Origin: an uncultured Gemmatimonadaceae bacterium
Lineage (GTDB): Bacteria > Gemmatimonadota > Gemmatimonadetes > Gemmatimonadales > Gemmatimonadaceae
Assembly: GCA_963822945.1 (NCBI GenBank)
Contig: CAWGJO010000004.1
Coordinates: 1-64,000, forward strand
Length of the DNA: 64,000 nucleotides
Direction: 5' to 3'
In this document: positions 54,972 through 64,000 of the stretch, piece after piece
Layout: every line of letters starts with the position of its first letter
How positions within the stretch are numbered: position 1 is the first letter of the stretch
Translations under genes and position numbers: made by a program
Notes under the pieces: generated by a model
Told to the model about the DNA's origin: nothing
What the model saw: only the letters and a program-made list of their open reading frames with translations
Database searches by the model: none

Positions 54972-55500
54972 GGCCCTGCTGTTCTGGCCGGTGCTGCTTG
55001 CGGTGACGGTGAGCGATGCCGTCACCAAGGCGCTGGCCCAGCGCTGGCTGCCCCTGCCGGATCTGCCGCACGAGGTGCTCGGCAACACGGTGCGGTTCAC
55101 GCTCGTGTACAACCCCGGCGCGGCGTTCGGCATCAACTTCGGCGGCTATTCCCGCTGGATCTTCATGGCGCTGACCGTCGTCGCCCTGCTGATCCTGGCG
55201 CGGCTGTACGCCGGCACGCGGCACGGCAACGGGCCGCGCACGCTGGCCCTCGCCCTCGTCTGCGGTGGGGCACTCGGCAACCTCATGGACCGCGTGTGGT
55301 CGCCCATGGGTGTGGTCGACTTCATCGACATCGGGCTGCGCGGCGCGCGCTGGCCCACGTTCAACGTCGCCGACCTGGCGGTGAGCGTCGGCGCGGTGCT
55401 GCTGGCGATCGTGCTCTGGGGCGAGGACCGCGACGCCGTCGCGGCGGCGCGCCGCGTTTCGTCGCCACTCCGCGAACCCTCCGCGGGCGAGCTCTCCTGA
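54958..55500 (+). CDS. lspA: Lipoprotein signal peptidase II (copy 1)
   Basis: D..TK, NPGAAFG, GALGNLMDR, VVDFI and FNVAD. Confidence 0.95.
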   Translation: MARNKALLFWPVLLAVTVSDAVTKALAQRWLPLPDLPHEVLGNTVRFTLVYNPGAAFGINFGGYSRWIFMALTVVALLILARLYAGTRHGNGPRTLALALVCGGALGNLMDRVWSPMGVVDFIDIGLRGARWPTFNVADLAVSVGAVLLAIVLWGEDRDAVAAARRVSSPLREPSAGELS

Positions 55501-55510
55501 CTCCCGGCTC

Positions 55511-56011
55511 ATGACCAGCGAATCCTCCAACGGCCGCCTGTTCTGGACCGCCGCCGTGAGCGTCGTGGTGCTCGACGTGATCACCAAGACGCTGGCCGTG
55601 AAGTATCTGACGCCCTATGTCGCGCGCGACGTGCTGGGTTCCTTCGGCCGCCTGACGCTCGCCTACAATCGGGGCGCGGCATTCAGCATGTCCCTCGGCG
55701 CGTATTCGCGCGTGGCGTTCGGCACCTTCGCGGCATTGGCCCTGGTGGTGCTGTGGTGGATGCACCGCGACGCGAAGCCGGGCGAACGCCTGAAGGTGAT
55801 CGGGCTCGGCCTGGCCTGGGGCGGCGCCGCCGGCAACCTCATCGACCGCATTCGCTCCCCCCGCGGCGTGGTGGACTTCATCGACCTCGGCGTCGGATCG
55901 GTTCGGTTCTGGACGTTCAACGTGGCCGATTCCGGGGTCACGATCGGCGCCTGCATGCTGGCCATCGCGCTCTGGATGGAAGAGCGGCACCGGCTGCAAT
56001 CGCGTGAGTGA
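55511..56011 (+). CDS. lspA: Lipoprotein signal peptidase II (copy 2)
   Basis: DVITK, NRGAAFS, GAAGNLIDR, VVDFI and FNVAD. Confidence 0.95.
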   Translation: MTSESSNGRLFWTAAVSVVVLDVITKTLAVKYLTPYVARDVLGSFGRLTLAYNRGAAFSMSLGAYSRVAFGTFAALALVVLWWMHRDAKPGERLKVIGLGLAWGGAAGNLIDRIRSPRGVVDFIDLGVGSVRFWTFNVADSGVTIGACMLAIALWMEERHRLQSRE

Positions 56012-56993
56012 GCGCGCCCCGCGCCACGAACGCTTCGAGGCAGCCCCCGGGGCGCCGCGCCTGGACCTGCTGGTCGCCAGCCAACTCGATATCTCCCGCA
56101 ACCAGGCCGCCACGCTGATCGCCGAGGGCCATGTGCTCGTGCAGGGACGGCGCCAGAAGGCCAGCTTCCGCGCCGACCCCGGCATGTGGGTCGAGGTCAC
56201 GGTGCCCGCGCCACCCTCGCGCGACGTGCTGGCGGAGCAGATTCCCCTGATCGTCGCCTACGAAGACGACGATGTGTTGGTGATCGACAAGCCGGCCGGC
56301 ATGGTCGTGCATCCCGCGCCGGGCAACTGGACGGGCACCCTCGTGAACGCCCTCAAGGGACGTGGGGGGGAGCTGGCGGACGGGGGCGACGCCGAGCGGG
56401 CGGGGATCGTGCACCGGCTCGACAAGGAAACGTCGGGACTCCTGCTCGTGGCCAAGACCGATCGTGCCCATCGCGTGCTCGGCGCCGCGCTCCAGCGGCG
56501 GGAGATCACGAGGCGGTACGCGGCCCTCTGCTGGGGGCATCTGTCCGCCGACCGCCTGGAGGTGGACAAGCCGGTGGCACGGGATCCGAACGACCGCAAA
56601 CGGATGGCGGTGGTCGCCGGCGGGCGCGAGGCCAGGACCCTGTTCTACCGGCTGGCGCGATTCGACGCCGTCGACCTGCTGCGCGCCCACCTCTTCACCG
56701 GGCGCACGCACCAGATCCGCGTCCACCTGGCGTCGATCGGGCACCCCGTGGTGGGCGACGACACGTACGGGGGCGGGGGAGGGCGGCGACTGGTTTCACT
56801 GCCGCCCAAACGGCATTTTCTCCACGCAGCCTGGTTGGCCTTCCGGCATCCGGTGACCGGAACGCCGGTCGAATTGCGCTCGCCTCTGCCCGACGACCTG
56901 CGGACGGCGGTCGTGGCCGCCGCCGGCCGTGACGCCACCTTCGGAGACGGTGACCCGCTGGAATATTTCGGCTTCTTCCGCGTCGATGACTGA
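56004..56993 (+). CDS. rluD: RluA/RluD-family pseudouridine synthase
   Basis: S4 domain, KPAGMVVHP, HRLDKETSG and TGRTHQIRVH. Confidence 0.93.
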   Translation: MSERAPRHERFEAAPGAPRLDLLVASQLDISRNQAATLIAEGHVLVQGRRQKASFRADPGMWVEVTVPAPPSRDVLAEQIPLIVAYEDDDVLVIDKPAGMVVHPAPGNWTGTLVNALKGRGGELADGGDAERAGIVHRLDKETSGLLLVAKTDRAHRVLGAALQRREITRRYAALCWGHLSADRLEVDKPVARDPNDRKRMAVVAGGREARTLFYRLARFDAVDLLRAHLFTGRTHQIRVHLASIGHPVVGDDTYGGGGGRRLVSLPPKRHFLHAAWLAFRHPVTGTPVELRSPLPDDLRTAVVAAAGRDATFGDGDPLEYFGFFRVDD

Positions 56994-57405
56994 GCCTGCC
57001 GAGCTACGGACGCTGTTGTTCCGCGTGGGGACCGTCGTGTACGGCTGCGACATCGCCGCCGTCCGCGAGATCGTCCCGGTCCGCACGGCCACCCGGTTGC
57101 CGGGAACGCCACCCTACGTGGACGGGCTGATCAACCTGCGGGGGACCATCCTCACGGTGATCGACCTGGGGGCGCGGATGGAGGGCCGCCGGTCGTCCAA
57201 CGAGGAGGGGTCGGTGATCATCGTCCAGGTCGGGGGGCGCCATCTGGGCCTGGTGGTCGGCGACGTCATGGATGTGATGCAGATGCGGGTCGACCCACCC
57301 CCCGAGGACCGGGGCGATGACGTGGTGCAGGGGCTGGGACATCTGGGCGACACAGTCGTCATAATAGTTGATATCCCGGCGTTGGTAGGGCAGGTGTTGC
57401 TTTGA
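56986..57405 (+). CDS. cheW: Chemotaxis adaptor CheW
   Basis: VREIV, TRLP..P.YV.GLINLRG.ILTVIDL and GLVV..V. Confidence 0.92.
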   Translation: MTEPAELRTLLFRVGTVVYGCDIAAVREIVPVRTATRLPGTPPYVDGLINLRGTILTVIDLGARMEGRRSSNEEGSVIIVQVGGRHLGLVVGDVMDVMQMRVDPPPEDRGDDVVQGLGHLGDTVVIIVDIPALVGQVLL

Positions 57406-57408
57406 CTT

Positions 57409-57468
57409 TCGGTAGGTCGGTAGGTCGGTAGGTCGGTAGGTCGGTAGGTCGGTAGGTCGGTAGGTCGG
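57409..57468 (+). repeat. Octamer tandem repeat (TCGGTAGG)7.5
   Basis: Seven perfect units plus TCGG, immediately after the cheW stop. Confidence 0.97.
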
Positions 57469-57584
57469 CCGCATGCCCGCCGCGCATTCCGACCGACCGA
57501 CGCACGGACAAACCGCCGGGGTCTCGGCAAGACCCAACGGGCGTATTGCGGCCCGCGACAGCTTGGTCCAGACAGGAGAAACAC

Positions 57585-57947
57585 GTGAGCCACACGGTGT
57601 TGATTTGCGACGATGCGATTTTCATGCGGACGATGGTGGGAGACATCCTGCAGTCGGCCGGGTTCGAGATCGTGGGAGAGGCCGAGACGGGGTTGCAGGC
57701 GGTGGAGAAGTACAAGCAGCTGCGGCCGGACCTCGTGACGATGGACATCGTGATGCCCGACATGGGCGGCATCGACGCCGTGCGAGAGATCATGCAGTTC
57801 GATTCGCAGGCGAAGATTCTCATGTGCAGCGCGATGGGGCAGCAGGCGTTGGTGGTCGAGGCCATCCAGGCCGGGGCCAAGGACTTCGTCGTCAAGCCGT
57901 TCCAGCCTAGCCGCGTGCTCGAAGCCGTGCAGCGCGTTCTGAGATAG
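57585..57947 (+). CDS. cheY: Chemotaxis response regulator CheY (DifD/Bacillus-Thermotoga type)
   Basis: ICDDA.FMR, DIVMP and MCSAMGQQ..V.EAIQAGAKDFVVKPF. GGAG RBS before GTG. Confidence 0.93.
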   Translation: MSHTVLICDDAIFMRTMVGDILQSAGFEIVGEAETGLQAVEKYKQLRPDLVTMDIVMPDMGGIDAVREIMQFDSQAKILMCSAMGQQALVVEAIQAGAKDFVVKPFQPSRVLEAVQRVLR

Positions 57948-57955
57948 TCGGAGCG

Positions 57956-59929
57956 TTGGATACCTCACCGTACGCCGAGCTATTCCTCACCGAAAGCCGC
58001 GAACACGTTTCGGCGGTGAATCACTGGCTGTTGGAGTTGGAGCGTGGCGCCGGCGGGGACGAGCCGGTCCGCGAGCTCTTCCGCGCGGTGCACACGGTGA
58101 AGGGGATGAGTGCCACGATGGGGTACGCCGTCGTGGCGGAATTGTCGCACGAGATGGAGACCCTGCTCGATCGGGTCCGGCACCGGACCATGGAGATCAC
58201 GCCGGAGGTGATGGACGTGCTGTTTCGCGCCGCTGACGTGCTCGAGCAAGCCGTGGAGGCGTCGGTGGCCGGACGGCTGGACGACGTGCATCCCGAGGGG
58301 GTGCTCGATCGGCTGCGGGCCATGGGGCGCGCCACGCCGCGCGCGTCGGCCGCCATCGCGAGCCTGCCGTTGGACGAGCACCTGTGGACGGTGCCGGCTC
58401 CGGACGGCCAGGGCACGGTGGTGCGTGTGCGGCTGGCGCGAGAAGCGCCGTTGCGCGGCGTGCGGGCCTTTCTCATCGTCCAGCAGCTCGAGGCGCTGGG
58501 CACGGTCACCGGTGTGTCGCCATCGCTGGAGGCCCTGCAGGGCGACCGGTTCGAGTTCGACTTCGCGGTGCGCGTGCGGACCAAGGTGGCGGCGCAGGAG
58601 CTGGAGCGCGTCGTACGGGCTGCCGGCGACGTGATGCTGGTGGCCGTCGAGGGCGCCCCGGGGTTCGGGGCCGCTCCCGCGACGCCGGAGGAGCGCCCCT
58701 CGGGGCTGCTCGCCGCCGTCGAGAGCGCGGACGCCGAGGAGCCGCCGGCGAACGGCGACGCGCCGGCGCCGCCGGCCGCGCCGATCCGCGCCCCCCGCCA
58801 CGTCCGGGTGGACCAGCGCCGCCTGGATGCCCTGATGAACCTGATCGGCGAGCTGGTGATCGCCCGCGGCCGCCTGCTGCAGATCGGCGGCCGGCTGGCC
58901 GATCCCGCGCTCGACGAGACGCTGGCGCAGGCATCGCGATTGATCGCCGATTTGCGCGACGAGATCGTCACGAGCCGCATGGTGCCGGTGTGGCAGGTGT
59001 TCGACCGGTTTCCGCGCCTCGTGCGCGACGCCGCCCGCGGGCTGGACAAGGAGATCGACTTCTCGATCGAGGGCAAGGACATCGAACTCGACCGTTCGAT
59101 GCTCGACGAGATCGGCGATCCGATCGTGCACCTGCTGCGGAACGCCGTGGACCACGGCGTGGAGACCCCGGACGAGCGGGCGCGCCTGGGCAAGCCGCCG
59201 GCAGGCCGGCTCGTGCTCTCGGCGGTGCGCGATCGATCGGCGGTCGTCATCAAGGTGAGCGACGACGGGCGGGGCATCGACCGGGCGCGTGTGCTGGAGA
59301 AGGCGAAGGCGGCGGGGTTCGTGGACGCGAGCCGGACCGACCTCAGCGACGAGGAGCTGGTGCGGCTCGTCGCGCGCCCCGGCTTCTCGACGGCCGACCA
59401 GGTGACCGGGCTCTCGGGACGGGGCGTGGGGGTGGACGCGGTGATCTCCCGGGTGCGGGCGCTGGGTGGCTCGGTGGACATCAAGACGCAGGCGGGGCTC
59501 GGGACCACGGTCACGCTCCGGCTGCCCCTGACGCTGGCCATTCTCCGGGCGCTGATGTCGCGGGTGGCGGACGAGGTCTACGCGGTGCCGATGGCGCATG
59601 TGTGCGAGACGGTGGAACTGGCGGCCGAACGGCTGCGGACGCTGCGTGGCCGCGAGGTGATCACGGTGCGCGACGACGTGTTGCCGCTCCTGCGGCTCCG
59701 TGACATCGTGGGCCTGCCGCGGCGCGAGGCGGATGCGCGCGAGCACGTCGTCGTGCTGGAACTGGCGGACCGGCGGGCCGGACTGGTGGTGGATGGGTTG
59801 GCCGGGCAGCAGGAGATCGTGGTCAAGCAGTACGATCCGGTGCGGACACAGGTGCAGGCGTTCAGCGGCGCGACGATTCTCGGGGACGGTGCCCCGGCGC
59901 TGATCCTCGACGTGGGCAGTCTCTCCTGA
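57956..59929 (+). CDS. cheA: Chemotaxis histidine kinase CheA
   Basis: Hpt FRAVHTVKGM, P2, LMNLIGELVI, HLLRNAVDHG, SGRGVG and a C-terminal CheW domain. Confidence 0.96.
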   Translation: MDTSPYAELFLTESREHVSAVNHWLLELERGAGGDEPVRELFRAVHTVKGMSATMGYAVVAELSHEMETLLDRVRHRTMEITPEVMDVLFRAADVLEQAVEASVAGRLDDVHPEGVLDRLRAMGRATPRASAAIASLPLDEHLWTVPAPDGQGTVVRVRLAREAPLRGVRAFLIVQQLEALGTVTGVSPSLEALQGDRFEFDFAVRVRTKVAAQELERVVRAAGDVMLVAVEGAPGFGAAPATPEERPSGLLAAVESADAEEPPANGDAPAPPAAPIRAPRHVRVDQRRLDALMNLIGELVIARGRLLQIGGRLADPALDETLAQASRLIADLRDEIVTSRMVPVWQVFDRFPRLVRDAARGLDKEIDFSIEGKDIELDRSMLDEIGDPIVHLLRNAVDHGVETPDERARLGKPPAGRLVLSAVRDRSAVVIKVSDDGRGIDRARVLEKAKAAGFVDASRTDLSDEELVRLVARPGFSTADQVTGLSGRGVGVDAVISRVRALGGSVDIKTQAGLGTTVTLRLPLTLAILRALMSRVADEVYAVPMAHVCETVELAAERLRTLRGREVITVRDDVLPLLRLRDIVGLPRREADAREHVVVLELADRRAGLVVDGLAGQQEIVVKQYDPVRTQVQAFSGATILGDGAPALILDVGSLS

Positions 59930-59941
59930 GGGAGCATTTCC

Positions 59942-60562
59942 ATGGAAGAGCTTCATTCCCTGAAGGCGCTGCAGTTGGATGCCCTGCGCGAGGTGGCCAA
60001 CATCGGCGCCGGGCATGCGGCGACGGCTCTCTCGCAGATGGTCGGCGGCACGATCATGATCAGCGTGCCGCGCATCAACATCCAGCGGCTCGACGCCATC
60101 GCCCCGATGGTGGCGGCCCCCGACGAGCCGGTCGCGGCGGTGCTGCTGCACATTCTGGGCGACCTGTCGGGCCGGACGCTCCTCGTGTTCCCCAAGGCGG
60201 CGGCGCTCCAGTTGGCCGAGGTGATGCTGCACCGGCCGAGCGGGTCGTCGACGGAGCTCGGGGAACTGGAGCAGTCGGCGATCAAGGAAGCCGGCAACAT
60301 TCTCAGCAGCGCGTACATGAACGCGCTCAGCGAATTCATGGGCATGCTCCTGCTGCCGTCGCCGCCGGCGCTCGCGGTGGACATGTCGGCGGCCGTCCTC
60401 ACCACGGCCTATCTGCAGTTCGGCACGAGCCGGGATTACGTGTTCTGCGTGGAGAGCGACTTCATGCTCCAGGGCGAGGCGGACCGCCTGCGCGGCTTCT
60501 TCCTGCTGCTGCCCGACCCGGCATCGTTGCAGGCCATTCTGCGCGCCATTCGCGTGACGTGA
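59942..60562 (+). CDS. cheC: CheC-family CheY-P phosphatase
   Basis: Two motifs DALREVANIGAG and SAIKEAGNIL. Confidence 0.93.
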   Translation: MEELHSLKALQLDALREVANIGAGHAATALSQMVGGTIMISVPRINIQRLDAIAPMVAAPDEPVAAVLLHILGDLSGRTLLVFPKAAALQLAEVMLHRPSGSSTELGELEQSAIKEAGNILSSAYMNALSEFMGMLLLPSPPALAVDMSAAVLTTAYLQFGTSRDYVFCVESDFMLQGEADRLRGFFLLLPDPASLQAILRAIRVT

Positions 60563-60563
60563 T

Positions 60564-63254
60564 ATGGCCGCTTCGTCCCCTGGTTCCGACCACGACCGCG
60601 AGATTCTGAGGTCGTTTGCCCGACGGATCGACCCGTCGGACGCCGGCGCGCACAACAACCTGGGGGTGTTGTACTTCAACAAGGGACTGCACGAGGAAGC
60701 CGTGCAGGCCTTCATGCGGGCGCTGGAACTCGATCCCCGCATGGAAGTGGCCCAACGCAACATCGAGATCGCCTACTTCAACACCGGCTACTACGACCGG
60801 CGTGTCCCCGAGTTGCAGGAGCGGGTGCGCCGCGAACCGGCGGATCGGGACGCGCGGTGGGAGTTGGCCCGCACGTACGCGCTGCTCGGCGAGCATCAGC
60901 AGGCCGTGGAGGAGTTCTCGGCGCTGCTCGCGCACACGCCCGACGACGTGGGCGCGATCCTGCAGTTGGGGCTCGCCGAACGCGCGCTCGGCCACACCGA
61001 GCAGGCGCAGCAGTGGCTGGAGCGGGCGCGAGACCTCGACCCCGACAGTTCGCTGGTCCACTTCTATCTCGGCGAGGTGGCGTACAATCGCGGGCTCAAC
61101 GACGACGCGCTGGCGTCGCTGGAAATGGCGCTGGCCCTCAATCCCGACAACTACGACGCGCTCTACCTGATGGGATTCGTGCTCGGCGACATGGGGCGGC
61201 AGGAGGAGGCCCGGGCGCTGACCAACCGCGCCATCAAGCTCAATCCTACGCTGTCGCGCGCGCAGGCGAATCTCTCCATCGACCAGAACAAGCCGGAGCG
61301 CTACGAGGCGTTGGTCGGCGGACGCCGGTCGCATCGCATGGAGGTGTCCCCCGACGGCCAGCTGGCGCACTACAACCTCGGGCTCGCCTTCCGGCAGAAG
61401 GGATACTACCCCGAGGCGCTGCGCGAGTACCGCCTCGCGCTCGACCGTGGCGAGGACGAGGACCTCGTGCGGCAGGCGATGGCCGAGGTGCACCTGGTGA
61501 GTGGCGACGTGAGCGCGGCGCTGGCGCTCTACGACCGCCTCCTCGAGCGGATGCCCGCGAGCCCCAAGCTCTGGAACGAGCGCGGCGTCGCGTTGCACCA
61601 GGACGGGCGCGCGGCCGAGGCGGAGGAGAGCTATCGCCGCGCCATCGCCGCCGACCGGCGCTACGCGCTGGCCCACAACAATCTGGGGGTCGCGCTCGGG
61701 CAGTCGGGAGACGGGGACGCCGCCCTCGCCGAGTTCCGCGCGGCCCTGGACGGGCGGCCCGACCTCGTGAAGGCCCGGCTGAACCTCGCGCTGCTACTCT
61801 ACAAGGCGAAGCGGCTGCCGATGGCGCTCGAGGCGTATCGCCAGGTGCTGGCCACCGAACCGGAACATCCGGCGGCCTGGAACGGCGCCGGCGTGGTGCT
61901 CGCCGATTTTCAGAAGTTCGAGGACGCGCGGAACGCCTTCGCGCGGGCCATCCAGGCCCGGCCGCAGTATGCCGAGGCGCACTACAACCTGAGCTTCTGT
62001 CTCTCGAATCTGGGCGATTTCGAGGGTGCGTTGCGCGAGACCAAGCTGGCGCTGGAAATGGAGCCGTACTACATGGGACAGAAGTTCGAGCTCGCCATCG
62101 ACCTGCAGTACGAAGACCCGGATCTCTCCATTCAGCCCGACCTGGGCGGCGAGGCCCATACGGCAGACGCGATCGAGGCGTTCGACTTCGACGCCGGCCT
62201 ACTGGACTCCGTGTTCACGCAACTGGCGCCGGCGCCGGGGCCGCTGCCGCAGGTGGAGACGGACCCGTACAAGATGGCTGGCGACTTCCTGTCCAAGGGG
62301 CTCGTCGAACGGGCCCAGATGGAGGTGCGGCGGGCGCTGGCCCAGGGCGCCGACTGCGTGGCCGGCAATGTGCTGCTCGGCCAGACGTTCATGCGACAGG
62401 GGGTGTACGGGGAGGCGCTGGAGCGCTTCCGCGAAGCACGCCGCACCGCGCCCGACGACCCCGTGGCGATGCAAGGCGAGGCGCGCTGTCTGCTCAACCT
62501 CGGGCAGGGGGCGGCGGCGCTGCCCCTCGTCGAGAAGCTGGTGCTGCACGCCTCGGAAGACATCGACACGCTGATGCTCGCGGCCGGCGTCCGCGCCGCG
62601 GCGGGCGACCCCGCCGCAGCGCTGGCCACGCTCGACGCCGCCCGACGCGTGGCGCCGATGCGGGCCGACGTGCATCGCGAAATGGGCGACATCGCCCGGC
62701 GGCTGGGCGACCTGGAAGGCGCGATCATCAACTATCGCGACGCGCTGGCGCTCGATCCGCAGTTCGCCGGTGTGCGCTACGAACTGGCGCACCTGCTGAT
62801 CGAGAAACGACAGCTGGCCGCGGCGGAGTACGAACTGCTCTCGGCGCTGGAGACGGTGCCCACATACGCCCAGGCGACGCTGGAACTGGCCCGGCTGCGT
62901 CGCATGACCGGGCGGGCCGACTCGGCGCTGCCGCTGCTCATCGATCTCCTGCAGCGCGACCCGTACCACTTCGACGCCCTGATCGCGCTCGGGGAGACGC
63001 TGCTCGCGCTCGGGCGCAAGGAGGACGCGGTCACGGCGTTCGCCCGCGTACTCCGCTTCGATCCTCACCACGTGGGCGCCCTGTACCACGAAGGCGTCCT
63101 GTTCGCCGAACGCCGCCACTTTCGAGAGGCCATCGACCGGTGGGAGCGGGTGCGGACGCTGGCGCCGGCCACCGACTACGCCCGCCGGGCCCGCCGCGAG
63201 ATCCGCTCGGCCACCGACCTGCAACGCATCTTCGCTGAACGCGCAACCACCTGA
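60564..63254 (+). CDS. Large tetratricopeptide-repeat protein
   Basis: Many TPR units (AHNNLG, AHYNLG, AL.LDP) over 896 aa. Confidence 0.92.
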   Translation: MAASSPGSDHDREILRSFARRIDPSDAGAHNNLGVLYFNKGLHEEAVQAFMRALELDPRMEVAQRNIEIAYFNTGYYDRRVPELQERVRREPADRDARWELARTYALLGEHQQAVEEFSALLAHTPDDVGAILQLGLAERALGHTEQAQQWLERARDLDPDSSLVHFYLGEVAYNRGLNDDALASLEMALALNPDNYDALYLMGFVLGDMGRQEEARALTNRAIKLNPTLSRAQANLSIDQNKPERYEALVGGRRSHRMEVSPDGQLAHYNLGLAFRQKGYYPEALREYRLALDRGEDEDLVRQAMAEVHLVSGDVSAALALYDRLLERMPASPKLWNERGVALHQDGRAAEAEESYRRAIAADRRYALAHNNLGVALGQSGDGDAALAEFRAALDGRPDLVKARLNLALLLYKAKRLPMALEAYRQVLATEPEHPAAWNGAGVVLADFQKFEDARNAFARAIQARPQYAEAHYNLSFCLSNLGDFEGALRETKLALEMEPYYMGQKFELAIDLQYEDPDLSIQPDLGGEAHTADAIEAFDFDAGLLDSVFTQLAPAPGPLPQVETDPYKMAGDFLSKGLVERAQMEVRRALAQGADCVAGNVLLGQTFMRQGVYGEALERFREARRTAPDDPVAMQGEARCLLNLGQGAAALPLVEKLVLHASEDIDTLMLAAGVRAAAGDPAAALATLDAARRVAPMRADVHREMGDIARRLGDLEGAIINYRDALALDPQFAGVRYELAHLLIEKRQLAAAEYELLSALETVPTYAQATLELARLRRMTGRADSALPLLIDLLQRDPYHFDALIALGETLLALGRKEDAVTAFARVLRFDPHHVGALYHEGVLFAERRHFREAIDRWERVRTLAPATDYARRARREIRSATDLQRIFAERATT

Positions 63255-63256
63255 CC

Positions 63257-64000
63257 ATGGCAATCGAAGGCCCCCTTCGCGAACTCGGCATTCACGACGT
63301 CTTCCAACTGCTCGATCTGAGCCGGAAGACGGGCACGCTTCGCGTGCGGTCCGAGCTGCGGGACGACGAGGGGGTGGTGCACTTCGCCAACGGCCGCGTG
63401 GTGCACGCCGGCATCCGCAGTCTGCCGACCTCGCTGGAGGGGATCCTCGTGTCGGCGGGCCGCGTCAGCGAGGCCGACGTCCAGGCGGCGCGGGAGCTGG
63501 TGGGACCCCGGGCCACGCCGGCGCAGCTCGCCGACGCCCTCGTGTCGAACGGGGCGGTGTCGCAGCGCGAAGTGGAACGGCAGGTGCGGCGGCAGATCGA
63601 ATCGGTGGTCTTCGAACTGATCTCGTGGCGCGAAGGGTTCTTCTCGTTCGAAGAGGTGGCCGCGCCCGACCTGCCCGTGGACAGCCGGATCAGCGTCTCG
63701 ACGGAATCCCTGCTCATGGAGGGGGCGCGGCGCATCGACGAGTGGTCGCGCATCGCGGACTCGGTGCCCAACCTCCAGATGGTGCCCGTGTTCGCGACGG
63801 CCGATGATGGTCAGGGCGCGCAGCTCGATCTCCTGCCGCACGAGTGGGAAGTGCTGACGATGATCGATGGAATGCGCGACCTGCGGGGCATCGCGGGCGG
63901 GCTGGGACGGAGCGAATTCGAGGTCGCCAAGATCGCCTACGGGCTGATCACCACCGGGGTGGTGGCCCTGGAGCCCCCGACGACCATACCGCGCGAGACC
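63257..64000 (+). CDS. DUF4388 (PATAN-like) domain protein, 3'-truncated by window edge
   Basis: Read directly: MAIEGPLRELGIHDVFQLLDLSRKTGTLRV...G.VHF.NGRVVHA, later W..GFFSFEE and LLMEGARRIDEW. It is absent from the ORF track because there is no stop in the window. Confidence 0.88.
   Translation, partial: MAIEGPLRELGIHDVFQLLDLSRKTGTLRVRSELRDDEGVVHFANGRVVHAGIRSLPTSLEGILVSAGRVSEADVQAARELVGPRATPAQLADALVSNGAVSQREVERQVRRQIESVVFELISWREGFFSFEEVAAPDLPVDSRISVSTESLLMEGARRIDEWSRIADSVPNLQMVPVFATADDGQGAQLDLLPHEWEVLTMIDGMRDLRGIAGGLGRSEFEVAKIAYGLITTGVVALEPPTTIPRET

Noticed and set aside
57409..57468. CRISPR array or PTYRPTDL repeat protein
   Set aside because: The 8-bp units have no spacers and no cas genes are present. 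The peptide repeats are just antisense translations of the microsatellite.

Overview
High-GC bacterial chromosomal segment. Gene order and family content suggest Gemmatimonadota, which is an inference and not a database result. Single-base frameshifts are common, including in essential genes (eno, ileS, thiL), and point to long-read consensus errors. Left to right: (1) nnr-thiL-plsC-eno-ftsB, a universal stress protein and a P1B-type ATPase. (2) Initiator tRNA-Met and a second CAT-anticodon tRNA. The 3' end of the second is duplicated (46 bp) about 3 kb downstream, bounding an islet with no visible integrase. The islet carries a predicted ~155-nt branched structured element and small orphan ORFs. 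(3) An accessory block: GH3 glucosidase, double-cupredoxin lipoprotein, DUF2231, DUF5916, a two-component system and TolC-MFP-RND. (4) PNPOx-like protein, SET-domain methyltransferase, an uncharacterised gene coupled to fahA, dut, a CPBP protease, nitronate monooxygenase and a thioesterase. (5) A 1-kb non-coding gap, then an SGNH hydrolase, FadL and a peptidase/beta-propeller protein. (6) Core run tilS-hpt-ftsH-folP-cdaA-DUF2723-yggS-divIVA-punA-ileS (type 2, GIHH motif)-dksA/traR-lspA-lspA-rluD. (7) A receptor-less Dif-like chemosensory cluster cheW-[(TCGGTAGG)7.5]-cheY-cheA-cheC-TPR-DUF4388 running off the right edge. No CRISPR array, rRNA, transposase or integrase was seen.
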